This document shows, in pieces, positions 10,046-22,979 of a stretch of DNA of 64,000 nt (the stretch's first letter is position 1; every line of letters starts with the position of its first letter). The translations under genes were made by a program, and so were the position numbers. The DNA comes from an uncultured delta proteobacterium (GTDB lineage Bacteria; Myxococcota; Myxococcia; Myxococcales; Anaeromyxobacteraceae). The stretch covers positions 64,001-128,000 of the forward strand of contig CAWFDF010000004.1 in assembly GCA_963814585.1 (NCBI GenBank). The letters run 5' to 3'. Below the pieces are notes generated by a model, which saw only the letters and a program-made list of their open reading frames with translations, was not told the origin of the DNA and made no database searches.

Positions 10046-11086
10046 TCAGGTGCGCCCGGCCAACCCCGCAGCAAGCCCGCCGACGCGCTCGACGAGCCGC
10101 CGGAGGAACTCGTCCGCGTCGGCTTCGACGGCGACGTCCGCGTTCGCGGCCCTGCCCCACAGGCCGCGCCGGTCGGCGATCGTCTGGCCGTCTGCCGGGC
10201 CGCCCGAGGCGTCCACATCCACGGCTGCGGGTTCCGAGCGCACGAGCGACGGATCAAGCGCCGCGGCGACCACCAGCGGATCGTGGATGAACGCGCCGTA
10301 GAACCCGTCGTACCGGGCGTGGAACTCGAAGTACCAGCGGAGGGCGTCCTGCACATAGCGAACGACGGGGCTGCCGGCATCGCCCGCACGGCTGGCGAGC
10401 GCCTCGAGGTCCCGGGGGAGAAGGCGGGCATGCTCGGTGACGTCCAGCCCCATCGCAAGCGCACGCGGCGTCGACGGATCTGCCGTCACGGCGGCCTGCC
10501 ATGCGCCAAGGCAGATCCGGGCGGCCTCCGGGTCGCAGTGGATGTTCCACTCGGTGGTGGGGGTCGTGTTCCCGGGAACGCTGAACGCGCCGCCCATGAA
10601 GATCCAGCGCTTGAGGAGGCGGGGCAATGCGGGTTCCGCCAGCACCGCGACGGCGAGGTTCGTGAGTGGTCCGAGCGTCACCAGGGTCAACGCTCCCGGA
10701 CGACGCCGGGCCTCGTCCACGATGAGCGACGGGGCGAAGCGCTCTGACGCCGGCCGGGACGGCTCGGGCAGCTCGGCGTAGCCGATCCCGTGGGGGCCGT
10801 GCGTCTCCGGCGTGGTCTCCAGCGCGCGGAGCAGCGGCACCGCTCGACCGATCGCCACGTCCACATCCGTGCGCCCGGCAAGCTCGAGGATGGCACGCGT
10901 GTTCCTCGCCACATCCTCGACCTCGACATTGCCCGACAGGCAGGTGACCGCCACCAGCTCCGCTTCGGGGCTCGCCGCCGCATAGAGCAGCGCCAGCGAG
11001 TCGTCGATGCCGGTGTCGACGTCCAGGATGAGCGGGACGCGCTCACCGGCTCCCGTGAGTCGGCGGTCTGGTCGGCGATCGTTCAC
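10046..11086 (-). CDS. Inosine-uridine-preferring nucleoside hydrolase family protein
   Basis: ILDVDTGIDD, TLGPLTNLA, MGGAF, EWNIHCDPEAA, IHDPL; GTG start overlaps the DUF885 stop. Confidence 0.9.
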   Translation of the reverse strand: MNDRRPDRRLTGAGERVPLILDVDTGIDDSLALLYAAASPEAELVAVTCLSGNVEVEDVARNTRAILELAGRTDVDVAIGRAVPLLRALETTPETHGPHGIGYAELPEPSRPASERFAPSLIVDEARRRPGALTLVTLGPLTNLAVAVLAEPALPRLLKRWIFMGGAFSVPGNTTPTTEWNIHCDPEAARICLGAWQAAVTADPSTPRALAMGLDVTEHARLLPRDLEALASRAGDAGSPVVRYVQDALRWYFEFHARYDGFYGAFIHDPLVVAAALDPSLVRSEPAAVDVDASGGPADGQTIADRRGLWGRAANADVAVEADADEFLRRLVERVGGLAAGLAGRT

Positions 11087-12752
11087 GCCGTCGTCGCGGT
11101 GGCCATCAGGGCGCGCTCGGCCAGGCCCAGCGGCAGCGCCCCGGAGGAGGTGATTGCGTCGTGGAAGTCGCGCAGCACCTCGATGGGCACGTCCCGCCCA
11201 TCGACGCCGGCGAAGCCACGCGCGGCGAGGTAGCGGTCCCGGATCCCCAGGATCTCGAGACAGCCGGTGAGGTACGACGATGCCTGCGTCGGCCACCAGC
11301 AGTAGCGGCCGACCTCCGCCTTCGCCACCGGCGCGGGCAGGGCCGCCTTCTCCTGCATGAAGCCGACGGCCTCGTCGAACGTCATCTCGCCCAGGTGGAG
11401 CGACGTGTCCACGATGATCCGCGCAGCCCTGAACAGCGTGCCGTTGAGGTGGTGCAGCTCGTGGATGGGCGACTCGAAGAACCCGCGCTCGCGCATCACC
11501 CGCTCCGCGTACAACGCCCAGCCCTCGGAGAAGTACGGCGTGGAGTAGACCCGGCGCACATCCGACGGGTTCCCCTTGCGCATGACGAGGTGCCAGTGGT
11601 GGCCCGGATACGCCTCGTGCACGGACGTGGTCGGGATGGACCCGTACGAGTTGTTCGACAGGCGGGACTGGATCTCCTCCTCCGGTGCTCCGTCGGGAGC
11701 GAACGGCACGAAGAAGTGACCCTTCCAGCGGTCGGAGAACGCGGGCGGGGCGACATACGACGCCACCCCGAGGACCGGTCGCTGGAACACCGGCGACGGG
11801 ACGACAGCACAGGTCTCGCCTGGCGGCAGGGTCACCAGGCCGGTCTCGACCAGGAACGCGCGAGCCCGCTCCGTCCAGTCCGTGTACGCCTCGAGCATCG
11901 CCTGCTCGGTGGGCGGATGACGCCGGTCGTCCTCGCGGATCACCGCCACGTAATCGGGGTTGCCCGTCGCATCCGCAGACAGCGCCCGCATCTCGGTGTC
12001 CAGGCGGTCGAACTCCTCCAGGCCGCGTTCACGGAGCGAGCGCGCGTCGTCACCCAGGACCTCACGCTCGCGCAGGATCCGGGAGTAGCCCGCCTCGCCA
12101 AGCTGCCACGAACCCTCGGCGCGAGGGAGGAAGCCTTCGAGGTGGCCGACCCAGCGCTCGAGGTGGGGGTGGCGGTCTCGCCGGCTGCCTTGAGGCGTTC
12201 GCGCAGGACCGGATCTTCCACATCCCGCCAGACGAGGTCGCGGACGTAGCGGACGGAGGAGCGGGCGGCATTGAGGCCGCGCTCAACGATCAGGGGATGG
12301 GCGAGCGTCGGATCCAGGTTGGCGATGCCCGCGTCCACGACAGACGCCGCCTGGTCCAGGCGGGCGACGCTGGCTTCGACGCGGTCCCCTTCGCCCGTGA
12401 GGCGCTGGAGGAAGAGCGTGAACAGGCCGCCCGTGACCGGGCCGGTGTACACGTACGGGTCCCGCTTCCAGCCTTCGAACGGCGCCAGGATCAGGCGGCC
12501 GCGGAGCACGGAGCGAGCCAGGTCCCGGTCGATGGTCTCGTCCTGGGTCAGCCCGTTGTCGCCGATGTCGTCCAGGCGGGCGAGGAAGTTGCGGGCATAC
12601 GCGTCGCGGGCGAGAAACGCATCGGCGGAGAGGTCGTCCAGCCTGTCGTCGTAGTCGGTCAGGCCGAGGCCGCTGGCCGCGGTGGGCGAGGCCCCGAAGT
12701 CATCGTGCAGCAGGTTCTGGAGGGTGCTCGCCAGGATCTCGGACTCGGTCAC
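11083..12752 (-). CDS. DUF885-family protein (frameshifted around 12,000-12,170)
   Basis: SPTAASGLG..YDDRLDDLS at the N-terminus; HEAYPGHHWH, EGWALYAE, RAARIIVDTSLH, PTQASSY at the C-terminus. Confidence 0.85.
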
Positions 12753-12762
12753 GGGTCCTCCG

Positions 12763-13613
12763 TCAGGTCGCTTTCGGGTTCACGGCCCGACAGCGGTCCC
12801 GGACCGGGCACAGGTCGTGCTTGGGGTTCTGCGCATGGCAGATGACGCGCCCGTGGTGGATCAGCAGCACGTGGGCGGCATACATCTGGTCCGGCTCCAG
12901 GATCGCCAGGAACAGGTCGTGGGCCTGGTCCGCCGACACCTTCGCCGGGATCAGGCCGATGCGCTTTGACACCCGCTCGACGTGGCGGTCCACCGCCATG
13001 ACGGGTGCGCCGAAGCAGAAGGCAAGAACGATCGAGGCGGTCTTCTTGCCGATGCCATCGATGGCGGTCAGCCACTCGCGCGCTTCGAGCACCGGCATCC
13101 CGCCGAGGAACTCCAGCGAGTAGTCGCCGCGCTGTTCGCGGATGTGGCGGAGCGTCGCCTGCAGGCGCGGCGCTTTCTGGGGGCCCAGGCCGCCTGGGCG
13201 GATGACATCGATCAGCTGGGCAGCGGCGCGTTCTCGACTGCCGTCCAGTCCGGCGGCGGGGCGGTGGTCAGTCCCTCGCCGCCCCACCCGATCCCATGCT
13301 TGTGCTCCTCGGGCGCCTTGCTGCTGGGGTAGGCGACGCGCAGGGCCTCGTATGCCTTCTCGGCGTTCACGTCGGCGGTGTTCTGGGTGAGGATCGTGAG
13401 GATGAGCTCGCTCGTGGGGTCCAGCCGGGACTCCCAGGTCTGCGGGCCGTACGAGGCCGTGAGGCCGTCCAGCACGTAGGCCTGCAGGCCCGGCCGGTAC
13501 CGGCGCAGGTAGCTCGCCCACGCCTTTGCCGGGTCAACCGGCTTGCGGGCACGCTTGACGGGCTTCTTCGCCGTGGACGGTCTCGCGGACCTGGCGGAGG
13601 TCGCGGCGCTCAC
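12763..13613 (-). CDS. nth: Endonuclease III / HhH-GPD DNA glycosylase (frameshift near 13,215)
   Basis: ELILTILTQNTADVN, IRPGGLGPQKA, HhH GIGKKTA, AVDRHVERV, C-terminal CHAQNPKHDLCPVRDRC. Confidence 0.85.
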
Positions 13614-13999
13614 CAGATGGTCTCGACGTCGTACATGGCCAGCAGTGGATCTCCCGTGATGATCGGCACGCCCTCGACCTGGCCCTGTGCCACGAGCATC
13701 CGGTCGAACGGATCCGCATGCAGCAGGGGCAGCGCACCGGCCCGGAAGCGCGTGTGCCAAGTCGATGGCCAGCAACTCGAACCCGTGCTTCCGGATCCGG
13801 TCCGGCACGTATGCCTCCGCGGGCGCTTCAAGCTCGAGCCTGCCGGCGGCGGACTTGATGGCGATCTCCCAGGCGGTCGCGGCACTCACCAGCACGTGGA
13901 CATGCGGGTCACCGATGGTCGCGGCGGCGCGCTGCGTCAGCCGGTCCGCCCGGCGATCCACAGCAGGAATGTCTTCGTGTCCAGCAGCACCCGGGTCAT
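13610..13999 (-). CDS. vapC: PIN-domain (VapC-family) toxin, frameshifted
   Basis: MTRVLLDT, VSAATAWEIAIK, HADPFDRMLVAQ, ITGD. Confidence 0.85.
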
Positions 14000-14245
14000 C
14001 CGCCGGACTCCCGGGGTGCGCTTGCGAACGCGGCATACCCGGCGACATCGGCCAGCGGCTCGTCGAAGTCGTCGTGGACGACGACGCGGTCGTGCCCCGG
14101 CTGACGTCGAGGCGGTGCCGTCGAGCGGCGCGAGCATGGCCACGGGGCGCCCGGCATTTGCGATGACGATCTGCTCCCCGTGCTGGACGCGTTCGAGCAG
14201 GCGCGAGAGGTGTGTCTTCGCCTCGTGGATGTTTACGGTCGCCAT
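13996..14245 (-). CDS. Phd/YefM-family antitoxin, frameshifted
   Basis: MATVNIHEAKTHLSRLLERVQHGEQIVIANAGRPVA, DDFDEPL; directly upstream of the PIN toxin. Confidence 0.85.
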
Positions 14246-14310
14246 GGTCTCGGTCGGACTGAGTCGGTAGAGCCTTAGTCGGTTCGGCGGAGGAGGGCAG
14301 CTCAGCGGCG

Positions 14311-15478
14311 CTAGCCTGCTCGACCGCCTCGGGCTGGGACGACCGGTTCCGGCTGGGCGACACCGACGAGCTGCGCGATCCGCTCGCCGCAGCGCTCGAG
14401 CGGGGCCGCCCGCCGCCGATGGCCGCCTCCACGGATTGCGGGCGCTCGCTGACGGGAACCGCGATCGCGCCAACCGCCGCCAGCGCCGTGATGCCCTTCG
14501 GGGTGACGCCGCCGCCAACCGCGAGGCACGGAACCCCGGCGGCCTGTGCACGCCGTGCGACTCCCTGCGCGGTCTTGCCGAAGGCGGTCTGGGCGTCGAT
14601 CCGGCCCTCGCCGTGATCACCAGGTCTGCGGTCGCGAGCGCCGCCTCGATCCGGCCTCCGACATCACCGAGGTCGATGCCCGGCGCAAGGCGCAGCTCGC
14701 GGAACCGGTCCGCCAGGCAGAGGAGCCCGAAGCCGAGCCGCCCGCCGCGCCCGCTCCAGGCGTGTCGCGCTCCCGGCGGCCCGTCGCAGTTCGAGGGCAT
14801 CGGCGAAACCGGGCCAGGCGCGCATCGAGCAGTCCGCCACCTGGTCCCCGGTCGCGCCCTTCTGGAGACCGGTACCGGAGCGGCGCCGTCAGGGCCGAGC
14901 AGCGGGGTCGTCACGTCGAGGCGACCCGCAGCCGGACCTCGGCAAGGCGCGGTCGAGCCCGCCAGGCGATGGAGGTCATGTCGACGGCGACGTTCGCGCC
15001 GAGCGCCCTGAGCATGCCTGCGCCGCCATCCGTCGTCGCCGACCGCCGATTCCCGAGCGCGATGTCCCTGATCCCCGCATCGAGTACGGCGCGCAGCAGG
15101 TCGCCGGTGCCGTGCGTTCCTGCGCGCATCGCGTCCCGCGCGCCAGGCTTGATGAGCGACAGCCCGGAGGCGCGGGCCATCTCGACGAACGCAGCCGCTT
15201 CATCCCTGCGGCACAGCCAGTCGGCGAGGATCGGGCGGTCGAGCGGGTCGCGGGCATCCGGCAGTCCGCCGGATCCAGCCCCCCGCCGCCTCGATGGCCA
15301 CCAGCGTCCCCTCGCCACCGTCGGCGAGCGGCGCGAGACGGACCTCGTCAGCCGGTCGCGCGCGCAGCCAGCCGGCCTGGAGCGCACGCGCAACCTCGAG
15401 GCTCGTCAGGGACCCCTTGAACGAGTCGGGCGCTATGAGCACACGGAGCGGGTCGGCACCCGTGAACCCGCCAGCCAC
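14311..15478 (-). CDS. Glycerate kinase (GlxK/GarK family), heavily frameshifted
   Basis: VLIAPDSFKGSLTS, PLADGGEGT, VEMARASGL, ATTDGGAGML, DLVIT; 3' end approximate. Confidence 0.85.
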
Positions 15479-15480
15479 GA

Positions 15481-16914
15481 TCAGTCGCCCTCGTCGCCGC
15501 CGTTGCCGGCGCGATGCTGGCGCTCCGCGTACTCCGGGATGCGGATCATCGGCGGCCGCTCGTGGTCGGCAAGCTCCATGACCTCCAGGGACAGGCGGCC
15601 GCGCCCTGACCGCGGCAGCTTCATCGTCGAGCCGAGCTCTGCGAACAGCGGACCGCCGCCGCTCCTCATCCGCTTCATCACCGCCTGGAGGATGACGAAG
15701 GACATCCGTGACAGGCCCTCGAGCTCCTGGTTGCGATGGACGCGCCGCTCCAGATCCACCTGGCCAAGCCCGTCGAGGCCGGCCTTGTCCAGCGCATCGA
15801 TCAGGTGCCCGATCGACCGCGTAGCCGGTGAAGAACGGGAGCTGCTCGAGGAGCGTCCGGCGGCCGCGTACTCCCCTGCAAGCGGCTGGATGAGGCCGAG
15901 ACAGCGGGAAGAACAGGTCGAAGGCGCGGCCCTCGCCACCAGCTCCGTCACGCGTCGTCGCCGCCCTCCTTGAGGACTCCCGCCTCGACGATGGCGGCTG
16001 GTCGTAGCCCTTCACGTACTGCAACCGCGGCTCGACGAGGAGCGGGCCGCAGCGTTCCGTACACCATGCGGTGGTGCCAGTTGCGCACGTCGGTGTCTCG
16101 TCCAGACCACGACGTCCCCGGATGTGGCCTAGCAGCGACTTCCAGAGCGCCTCGCCCTTGCCCGTGAACGAGCCGTACTGCGGAGCACCTCGTCGTGACG
16201 CACGACGCGCGCCCTGGCCTCCGGCGATGGCACGGTGTCGTCCGTGGAAGCGGAGTCGATCACGAGCACCTCGTCCAGCAGCGGGTATCGCTCCTGCATC
16301 TCGCGAACCGCCCGCCGCACGATGGGCCCGATCGTCTCCTCCTCGTTCAGGGTTGGCAGGACGAGGCTGACCGTCACCCCCTGCTTCTCCTTGAGCAACG
16401 TCAGGCGGCCGAGGTCGCCGAACTCGGAGTGGTGGAAGTTCGCCTCCGCGAACCAGCGGTCGACCCTGGCCGGGGACGGCACGCGACTCCTCGGCGGCGC
16501 GGTCGGCGGCCGCCAGGGTCTCGGCGCGACTCGCCAGCTGCTCGAACGTCTGCCGGCCGATGGGCTCGCGGGTCTTGACCACGATCACCGTCGGCTTCGC
16601 CCGTTGTGCGATCGCCTCCGGGAGCGGACCGAACAGGGCGCCACCGGGCTCACCGGGGGGTGCCGACGCGCCCATCACGACCAGGTCCGCACGCTCGGCC
16701 TCGCGGAGGATCGCAGCGCGCACGTTCGCGGTCTCGCGCAGCAGGGGCTCGGAGCGCGCGGTCACGAACTCGCGGGCGAAGGAGGCAAGCGCCCGCTCGG
16801 CTTGGGCCCGGACACCTTCCGTCACGCCGGCCGGCACGAGGTGCATGACGACGACGGTGGCGCCATGTCGGTGGGCGAGCGCGTCCGCGAAGCGCAAGGC
16901 CAGCTCTGCGTGCG

Positions 16915-16920
<6 letters not shown>
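15481..16920 (-). CDS. gpgS: USP-domain + glucosyl-3-phosphoglycerate synthase fusion; 5'-truncated and frameshifted
   Basis: USP part [11 protein letters not shown]...DLVVMGAS...PTVIVVK; GT part [56 protein letters not shown]. Confidence 0.75.
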
Positions 16921-18628
<1,708 letters not shown>

Positions 18629-19183
18629 CTAGAAGGTCGGCGGGCTCGAGTCTTCGTGGCCGACAGGAGGACAGACCCAGGTGCAGGTCAGGTCGGTCTC
18701 GTCGGTCTGGTAGAGGCCATTGATGCGCTGGTACTTGATGAACCTGTAGCTAGGTAGTCCACGGCCATCCAGGTCGCCGCAGCGACTCGATGAGAAGGGT
18801 CGGGTAGGGCCGTCGCATTGTCGTCGGCGGTGACCTGGTAGCTGTAATACATCGAGCCCTCGATTTCCTCGGTGCTCTGGAAGAGCATCTATCCAACCCA
18901 GGGCCCTCCAGTTCGGGACCCGCTTTGTTGACGACGGGACCCCTGGGGGCTGGTAGCCACCGAACAGGGACCCGCCGGGGATGGCCCCGTGCTGCACATA
19001 GACGTCAGCTATGGCTTTCTTGATTCGGAGCATCACCTCGTGGCGCTCAGCGGCCTTGGACCTGAGGACCAGTTTGCCGAACTCCGGGATGGCCACGGAA
19101 GCAAGGATGCCAATGATGGCGACCACCACCATAAGCTCAATAAGCGTGAAGCCCTTCTCAATGGTCGTTGCGGTTCGCTTCAT
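18629..19183 (-). CDS. Type IV pilin-like protein (prepilin N-methylation domain), probably with two compensating frameshifts
   Basis: Class III signal KG|FTLIELMVVVAIIGILASVAIP; C-terminal Cys pair; alternate frame 18688-18888 reads like the missing segment. Confidence 0.85.
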   Translation of the reverse strand: MKRTATTIEKGFTLIELMVVVAIIGILASVAIPEFGKLVLRSKAAERHEVMLRIKKAIADVYVQHGAIPGGSLFGGYQPPGVPSSTKRVPNWRALGWIDALPEHRGNRGLDVLQLPGHRRRQCDGPTRPFSSSRCGDLDGRGLPSYRFIKYQRINGLYQTDETDLTCTWVCPPVGHEDSSPPTF

Positions 19184-19536
19184 GGCATCTCCCTCTTGAC
19201 TGCGGCAGGTGTGTCCGCGCCAACCGCCGTGATCCTCAAGCCACCAAGGTTGGTCTCCGTGACCGTGTTCCCGATCAGCTTCTGCTGCGACTTGAACCGC
19301 TCCACCTGGCCGGGATCAGGAGCACCCTTGACAGGAACCAGTTCCCGCGCCGTAGCCCCAGGCGGCGCTGGCAGGAGCATCATCCCGTCCGGCTGACCCG
19401 GATAGGACTTCAGCTGGGAAACGGCTTCTTGAAGCTTCCAATAGCGGTACCCGTGAAATGCACCGGCCCCAACCAACGCCATCGCCAGGAGAGTCCAGAC
19501 CAAACGGCCCCGCCTGCGTTCAGTCGACCTCTCCAT
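19180..19536 (-). CDS. Hypothetical single-TM protein, possibly the C-terminus of the upstream gene
   Basis: RRRGRLVWTLLAMALVGAGAFHGYRYW; its stop overlaps the pilin ATG (ATGA). Confidence 0.55.
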   Translation of the reverse strand: MERSTERRRGRLVWTLLAMALVGAGAFHGYRYWKLQEAVSQLKSYPGQPDGMMLLPAPPGATARELVPVKGAPDPGQVERFKSQQKLIGNTVTETNLGGLRITAVGADTPAAVKREMP

Positions 19537-20587
19537 CGTCGACGCCCGACTTGTCGCTGAGGAAGCGGACCGAGGAAGCCGCACCGGAGGCGGCCCGGCC
19601 GCCGGCGCGCGCCGGCGCCAGGGGGAGCTCGGCCGTGCCGATCTCCTGGCAGGCCTCGGAGAAGTCGACGGCCTCCCTCACCAGCGCGTTCCGGATCGCC
19701 TCGAGCGGCTCCCTGACGGCAGGCGAGGCGTCCACCAGCAGCGCCTTCACGGCGCCGAGCAGGCCGTCGATCTCCGCGAGCAGCCCGGCCACCGCCGCAG
19801 CGTCGACCGGCCGGCCCGGAGCCGGTCGGGTCGCCAGCGCCGCGGCCACGCGGAGCCGCAGCACGGCGGCCTGCCGGATGGTCACGGCGTCGACCGGCAC
19901 CGCGCCGCTGGTGAAGACCTCGCGCTCCAGGCTGGAGAGCCCTCCCACCACCTGCCCGGCCACCTCGCCCAGCGGCGAGGGAGCGCCCGCGCCTCCCAGG
20001 GCCGCTCTCAGCGCTCGCTCCGCCTCGGCCGCGGTCGGGCCGGTGGCGGGCCAGAGGGGCGCTCCCGCCGGCGCGGCCGGCCCGGCCCCGGACACCGCGG
20101 CCAGCGTCTCCGGCACCGGCGTGGCCACGGTGGCGCCGAGGTCGGTGAAGAGATTGAGCGTGGTCTCGGCGGGGGGCCTGGGCGGCGCTGGCGCGACCGC
20201 GGCCCTGGCCGCGGGCCTGGCGGCGACGGCCTGGCCGCCGCCGATGGCCCGCTCGATGGCGGGCAGCACCGACACCACCTGCCCGTCCCACGGCACGGCG
20301 TCGATGGCGAGCGGCCCGAGCGAGAGCGCCGCGCCCTCCTGTCCACGGGCGAGCGCCGCCACCACGCGGAGCCCGGGGCGCTGCTGGCGGAGCTGCGTGA
20401 GCGCCGGCAGCCAGCGCGGCTCGTACTCCACCACCAGGACACCGCTCGACTCGGCGCAGAGCGTCAGCGCCACCGACGGCTCCGGGGCGATGCGCGGACG
20501 GGTGCCGGCCCGCTCGGTGACCGGCGCGAAGAGCGCCAGGGCGAACGGCTTGGTCCCTGCGATGACGACGTCGGTTGGTCCGGCCAT
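19520..20587 (-). CDS. Hypothetical protein with a degenerate receiver-like N-terminus and Pro/Ala linker
   Basis: ATG at 20587; VLVVEYEPRWL...LRVVAAL pattern; GC3-rich coding frame. Confidence 0.6.
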   Translation of the reverse strand: MAGPTDVVIAGTKPFALALFAPVTERAGTRPRIAPEPSVALTLCAESSGVLVVEYEPRWLPALTQLRQQRPGLRVVAALARGQEGAALSLGPLAIDAVPWDGQVVSVLPAIERAIGGGQAVAARPAARAAVAPAPPRPPAETTLNLFTDLGATVATPVPETLAAVSGAGPAAPAGAPLWPATGPTAAEAERALRAALGGAGAPSPLGEVAGQVVGGLSSLEREVFTSGAVPVDAVTIRQAAVLRLRVAAALATRPAPGRPVDAAAVAGLLAEIDGLLGAVKALLVDASPAVREPLEAIRNALVREAVDFSEACQEIGTAELPLAPARAGGRAASGAASSVRFLSDKSGVDDGEVD

Positions 20588-20794
20588 GGAGTCGCGCGCT
20601 CGCTGCGGAGCACTGTCAGGATGATACTCCCCTCGCGCAACTTCTCCACTCCTACACCCACGCACCTCGCCCGCGTACCTCGTTCCCATGACACCGCGGC
20701 CGGCCCGCAGCACCCGCACCATGGGTGTGGGTGACGGCGCGTGGAGCGGCGCCGGGCCGGAGCTCCTGCCGGGAAGCTCCCGTCCGGCGGCTCG

Positions 20795-20823
20795 TTGACA
20801 GGCCCGCGGCCACGCCGTACCGT
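20795..20823 (+). promoter_or_regulatory. sigma70-type promoter of rho
   Basis: TTGACA-N17-TACCGT. Confidence 0.6.
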
Positions 20824-20914
20824 CAGGGCCTCCCCTCCTCGCTTCCCGAGCGACGATCCACCCGCCAGCGCCGCGCCTCGACCAGCCGCCTGGCCTCACC
20901 TCACGGACGGTTCC

Positions 20915-22225
20915 ATGTCCACCGACGCCGCCGCGCCCGCCACCGCCTCCATCCCCGAGCTGAAGCACCTGAAGGTGGCCGAGCTGGCGGCCCTGGCCCG
21001 CTCCCTCGACATCGAGGGGGCCAGCTCGCTCAAGAAGCAGGACCTGATCTTCGCCATCCTCACCGCCCGCTCCAGGGTGGCCGAGGAGAAGAAGGAGGAG
21101 ATGGAGGTCGGAGGCGAGGGGACGCTGGAGGTGCTCCCCGACGGCTTCGGCTTCCTGCGCAGCCCCGACTTCAGCTACCTCCCGGGCCCCGACGACATCT
21201 ACGTCTCGCCGTCGCAGATCCGGCGCTTCAACCTGCGCACCGGCGACACGCTGCGCGGCACGGTCCGCCAGCCCAAGGAGGGCGAGCGCTACTTCGCCCT
21301 GCTCCGGGTCGACTCGATCAACGGCTCACCGCCCGAGGAGAACCAGGCCAAGGTCCTCTTCGACAACCTGACGCCGCTCTACCCGACCGAGCGGCTCCGG
21401 CTCGAGCACGACCCCAACGAGATGACCACCCGCGTGGTGGACCTCTTCGCGCCCATCGGCAAGGGGCAGCGCTGCCTGGTGGTCTCGCCGCCGCGCGCCG
21501 GCAAGACGGTGCTGCTGCAGCACATGGCCCAGGCCATCACCACCAACCACCCCGAGGTCACCCTCATCGTGCTGCTCATCGACGAGCGGCCGGAGGAGGT
21601 CACCGACATGGAGCGGACGGTGCAGGGCGAGGTGGTGGCCTCCACCTTCGACGAGCCCGCCACCCGCCACGTGCAGGTGGCCGAGATGGTGATCGAGAAG
21701 GCCCGGCGGCTGGTGGAGCACAAGCGCGACGTGGTGATCCTGCTCGACTCCATCACCAGGCTGGCGCGCGCCTACAACTCCACCGTCCCGCCCTCGGGCA
21801 AGATCCTCTCCGGCGGCGTCGACTCCAACGCCCTCCACAAGCCCAAGCGCTTCTTCGGGGCGGCCCGCAACATCGAGGAGGGCGGCTCGCTCACCATCAT
21901 CGGCACCGCCCTGGTCGACACCGGCAGCCGCATGGACGAGGTGATCTTCGAGGAGTTCAAGGGGACCGGCAACTCGGAGATCGTGCTCGACCGGAAGCTC
22001 ATGGAGAAGCGGATCTTCCCCTGCATGGACATCGGCAAGAGCGGCACCCGCAAGGAGGAGCTGCTGCTGCCGCCCGACTGGCTCTCCAAGATCTACATCC
22101 TCCGCCAGACCATCCTGAACGGGCTCGACAACGTCGAGGCCATGAAGTTCATGCTCGACAAGTTCCGCCAGGTGAAGAGCCACGAGGAGTTCTTCAAGAT
22201 GATGGTGGCCGGCGGCGGCAAGTAG
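20915..22225 (+). CDS. rho: Transcription termination factor Rho
   Basis: [56 protein letters not shown]. Confidence 0.97.
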   Translation: MSTDAAAPATASIPELKHLKVAELAALARSLDIEGASSLKKQDLIFAILTARSRVAEEKKEEMEVGGEGTLEVLPDGFGFLRSPDFSYLPGPDDIYVSPSQIRRFNLRTGDTLRGTVRQPKEGERYFALLRVDSINGSPPEENQAKVLFDNLTPLYPTERLRLEHDPNEMTTRVVDLFAPIGKGQRCLVVSPPRAGKTVLLQHMAQAITTNHPEVTLIVLLIDERPEEVTDMERTVQGEVVASTFDEPATRHVQVAEMVIEKARRLVEHKRDVVILLDSITRLARAYNSTVPPSGKILSGGVDSNALHKPKRFFGAARNIEEGGSLTIIGTALVDTGSRMDEVIFEEFKGTGNSEIVLDRKLMEKRIFPCMDIGKSGTRKEELLLPPDWLSKIYILRQTILNGLDNVEAMKFMLDKFRQVKSHEEFFKMMVAGGGK

Positions 22226-22361
22226 GGGCGAGGCGGCCCGGCGGGCGGGGCCAGGGGGTTGACGTCACCCCCCGATCCGACTAGATCCCGCGGTTCCCAC
22301 AGCGGTGCCCGGACCACCGCCGCCCTCCGGCGCGGTGCAAGCGGCCCAGGAGAAGGACGTC

Positions 22362-22751
22362 ATGAAGGAAGGCATCCACCCCGACTACAAGCCGGCCAAG
22401 GTGCTCTGCGCCTGCGGCAACGAGATCGTCACCCGGTCCGTCCGCGGCGACTTCCACGTCGAGATCTGCTCCGCCTGCCACCCGTTCTTCACCGGCAAGC
22501 AGAAGATCATGGACACCGCCGGGCGCATCGAGAAGTTCAAGAACCGCTACGGCAACGCCTCCTCGGCCACCGTGAGCGCCGCCCCGGTCAAGAAGGCCGA
22601 GCCGGCCGCGCCGGCCAGGAAGGCCGACGCCAGCGGGAACCGCGCCACCAAGCGCGCCAAGGCCAACGCCGGCAAGCCCAAGAAGGCCGCGGAGGCCGCC
22701 GCCGAGGCGCCCGCCGAGGCCCCGGCCACCGACGCGCCGGCCGCCGGGTAG
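22362..22751 (+). CDS. rpmE: 50S ribosomal protein L31 (Zn-binding type) with Ala/Lys/Pro-rich C-terminal extension
   Basis: [32 protein letters not shown]. Confidence 0.95.
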   Translation: MKEGIHPDYKPAKVLCACGNEIVTRSVRGDFHVEICSACHPFFTGKQKIMDTAGRIEKFKNRYGNASSATVSAAPVKKAEPAAPARKADASGNRATKRAKANAGKPKKAAEAAAEAPAEAPATDAPAAG

Positions 22752-22775
22752 CCCGGCCACGGTTCACGGTTGGTC

Positions 22776-22955
22776 ATGAGCGACGATCCGGCCCCGCCCT
22801 CCCGCCAGGGGCTGGCGGAGCTGCTGCTGCTGGTCGCCTTCCTGGCGCTGGCCACCGGCGGCGCGCTGGCGGTCTTCGGCCCCGAGCTCCGGCAGGCCTT
22901 CGGCGGCCAGCCTCCCCCGGCGGCCACGCCCGCCGGCCCGGCCCGGGCTCCCTGA
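22776..22955 (+). CDS. Small single-TM protein, Flp/Tad-pilin-like
   Basis: RQGLAELLLLVAFLALATGGALAVFG resembles Flp prepilin N-termini. Confidence 0.45.
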   Translation: MSDDPAPPSRQGLAELLLLVAFLALATGGALAVFGPELRQAFGGQPPPAATPAGPARAP

Positions 22956-22979
22956 GACCACGAGGTGTATGCTGCTCGC

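Noticed and set aside
22259..22287. sigma70 promoter for rpmE (TTGACG-N17-TAGATC), and TTGACA at 44663 before ftsY
   Set aside because: Good -35 boxes but weak or mis-spaced -10 boxes; not enough to list as features
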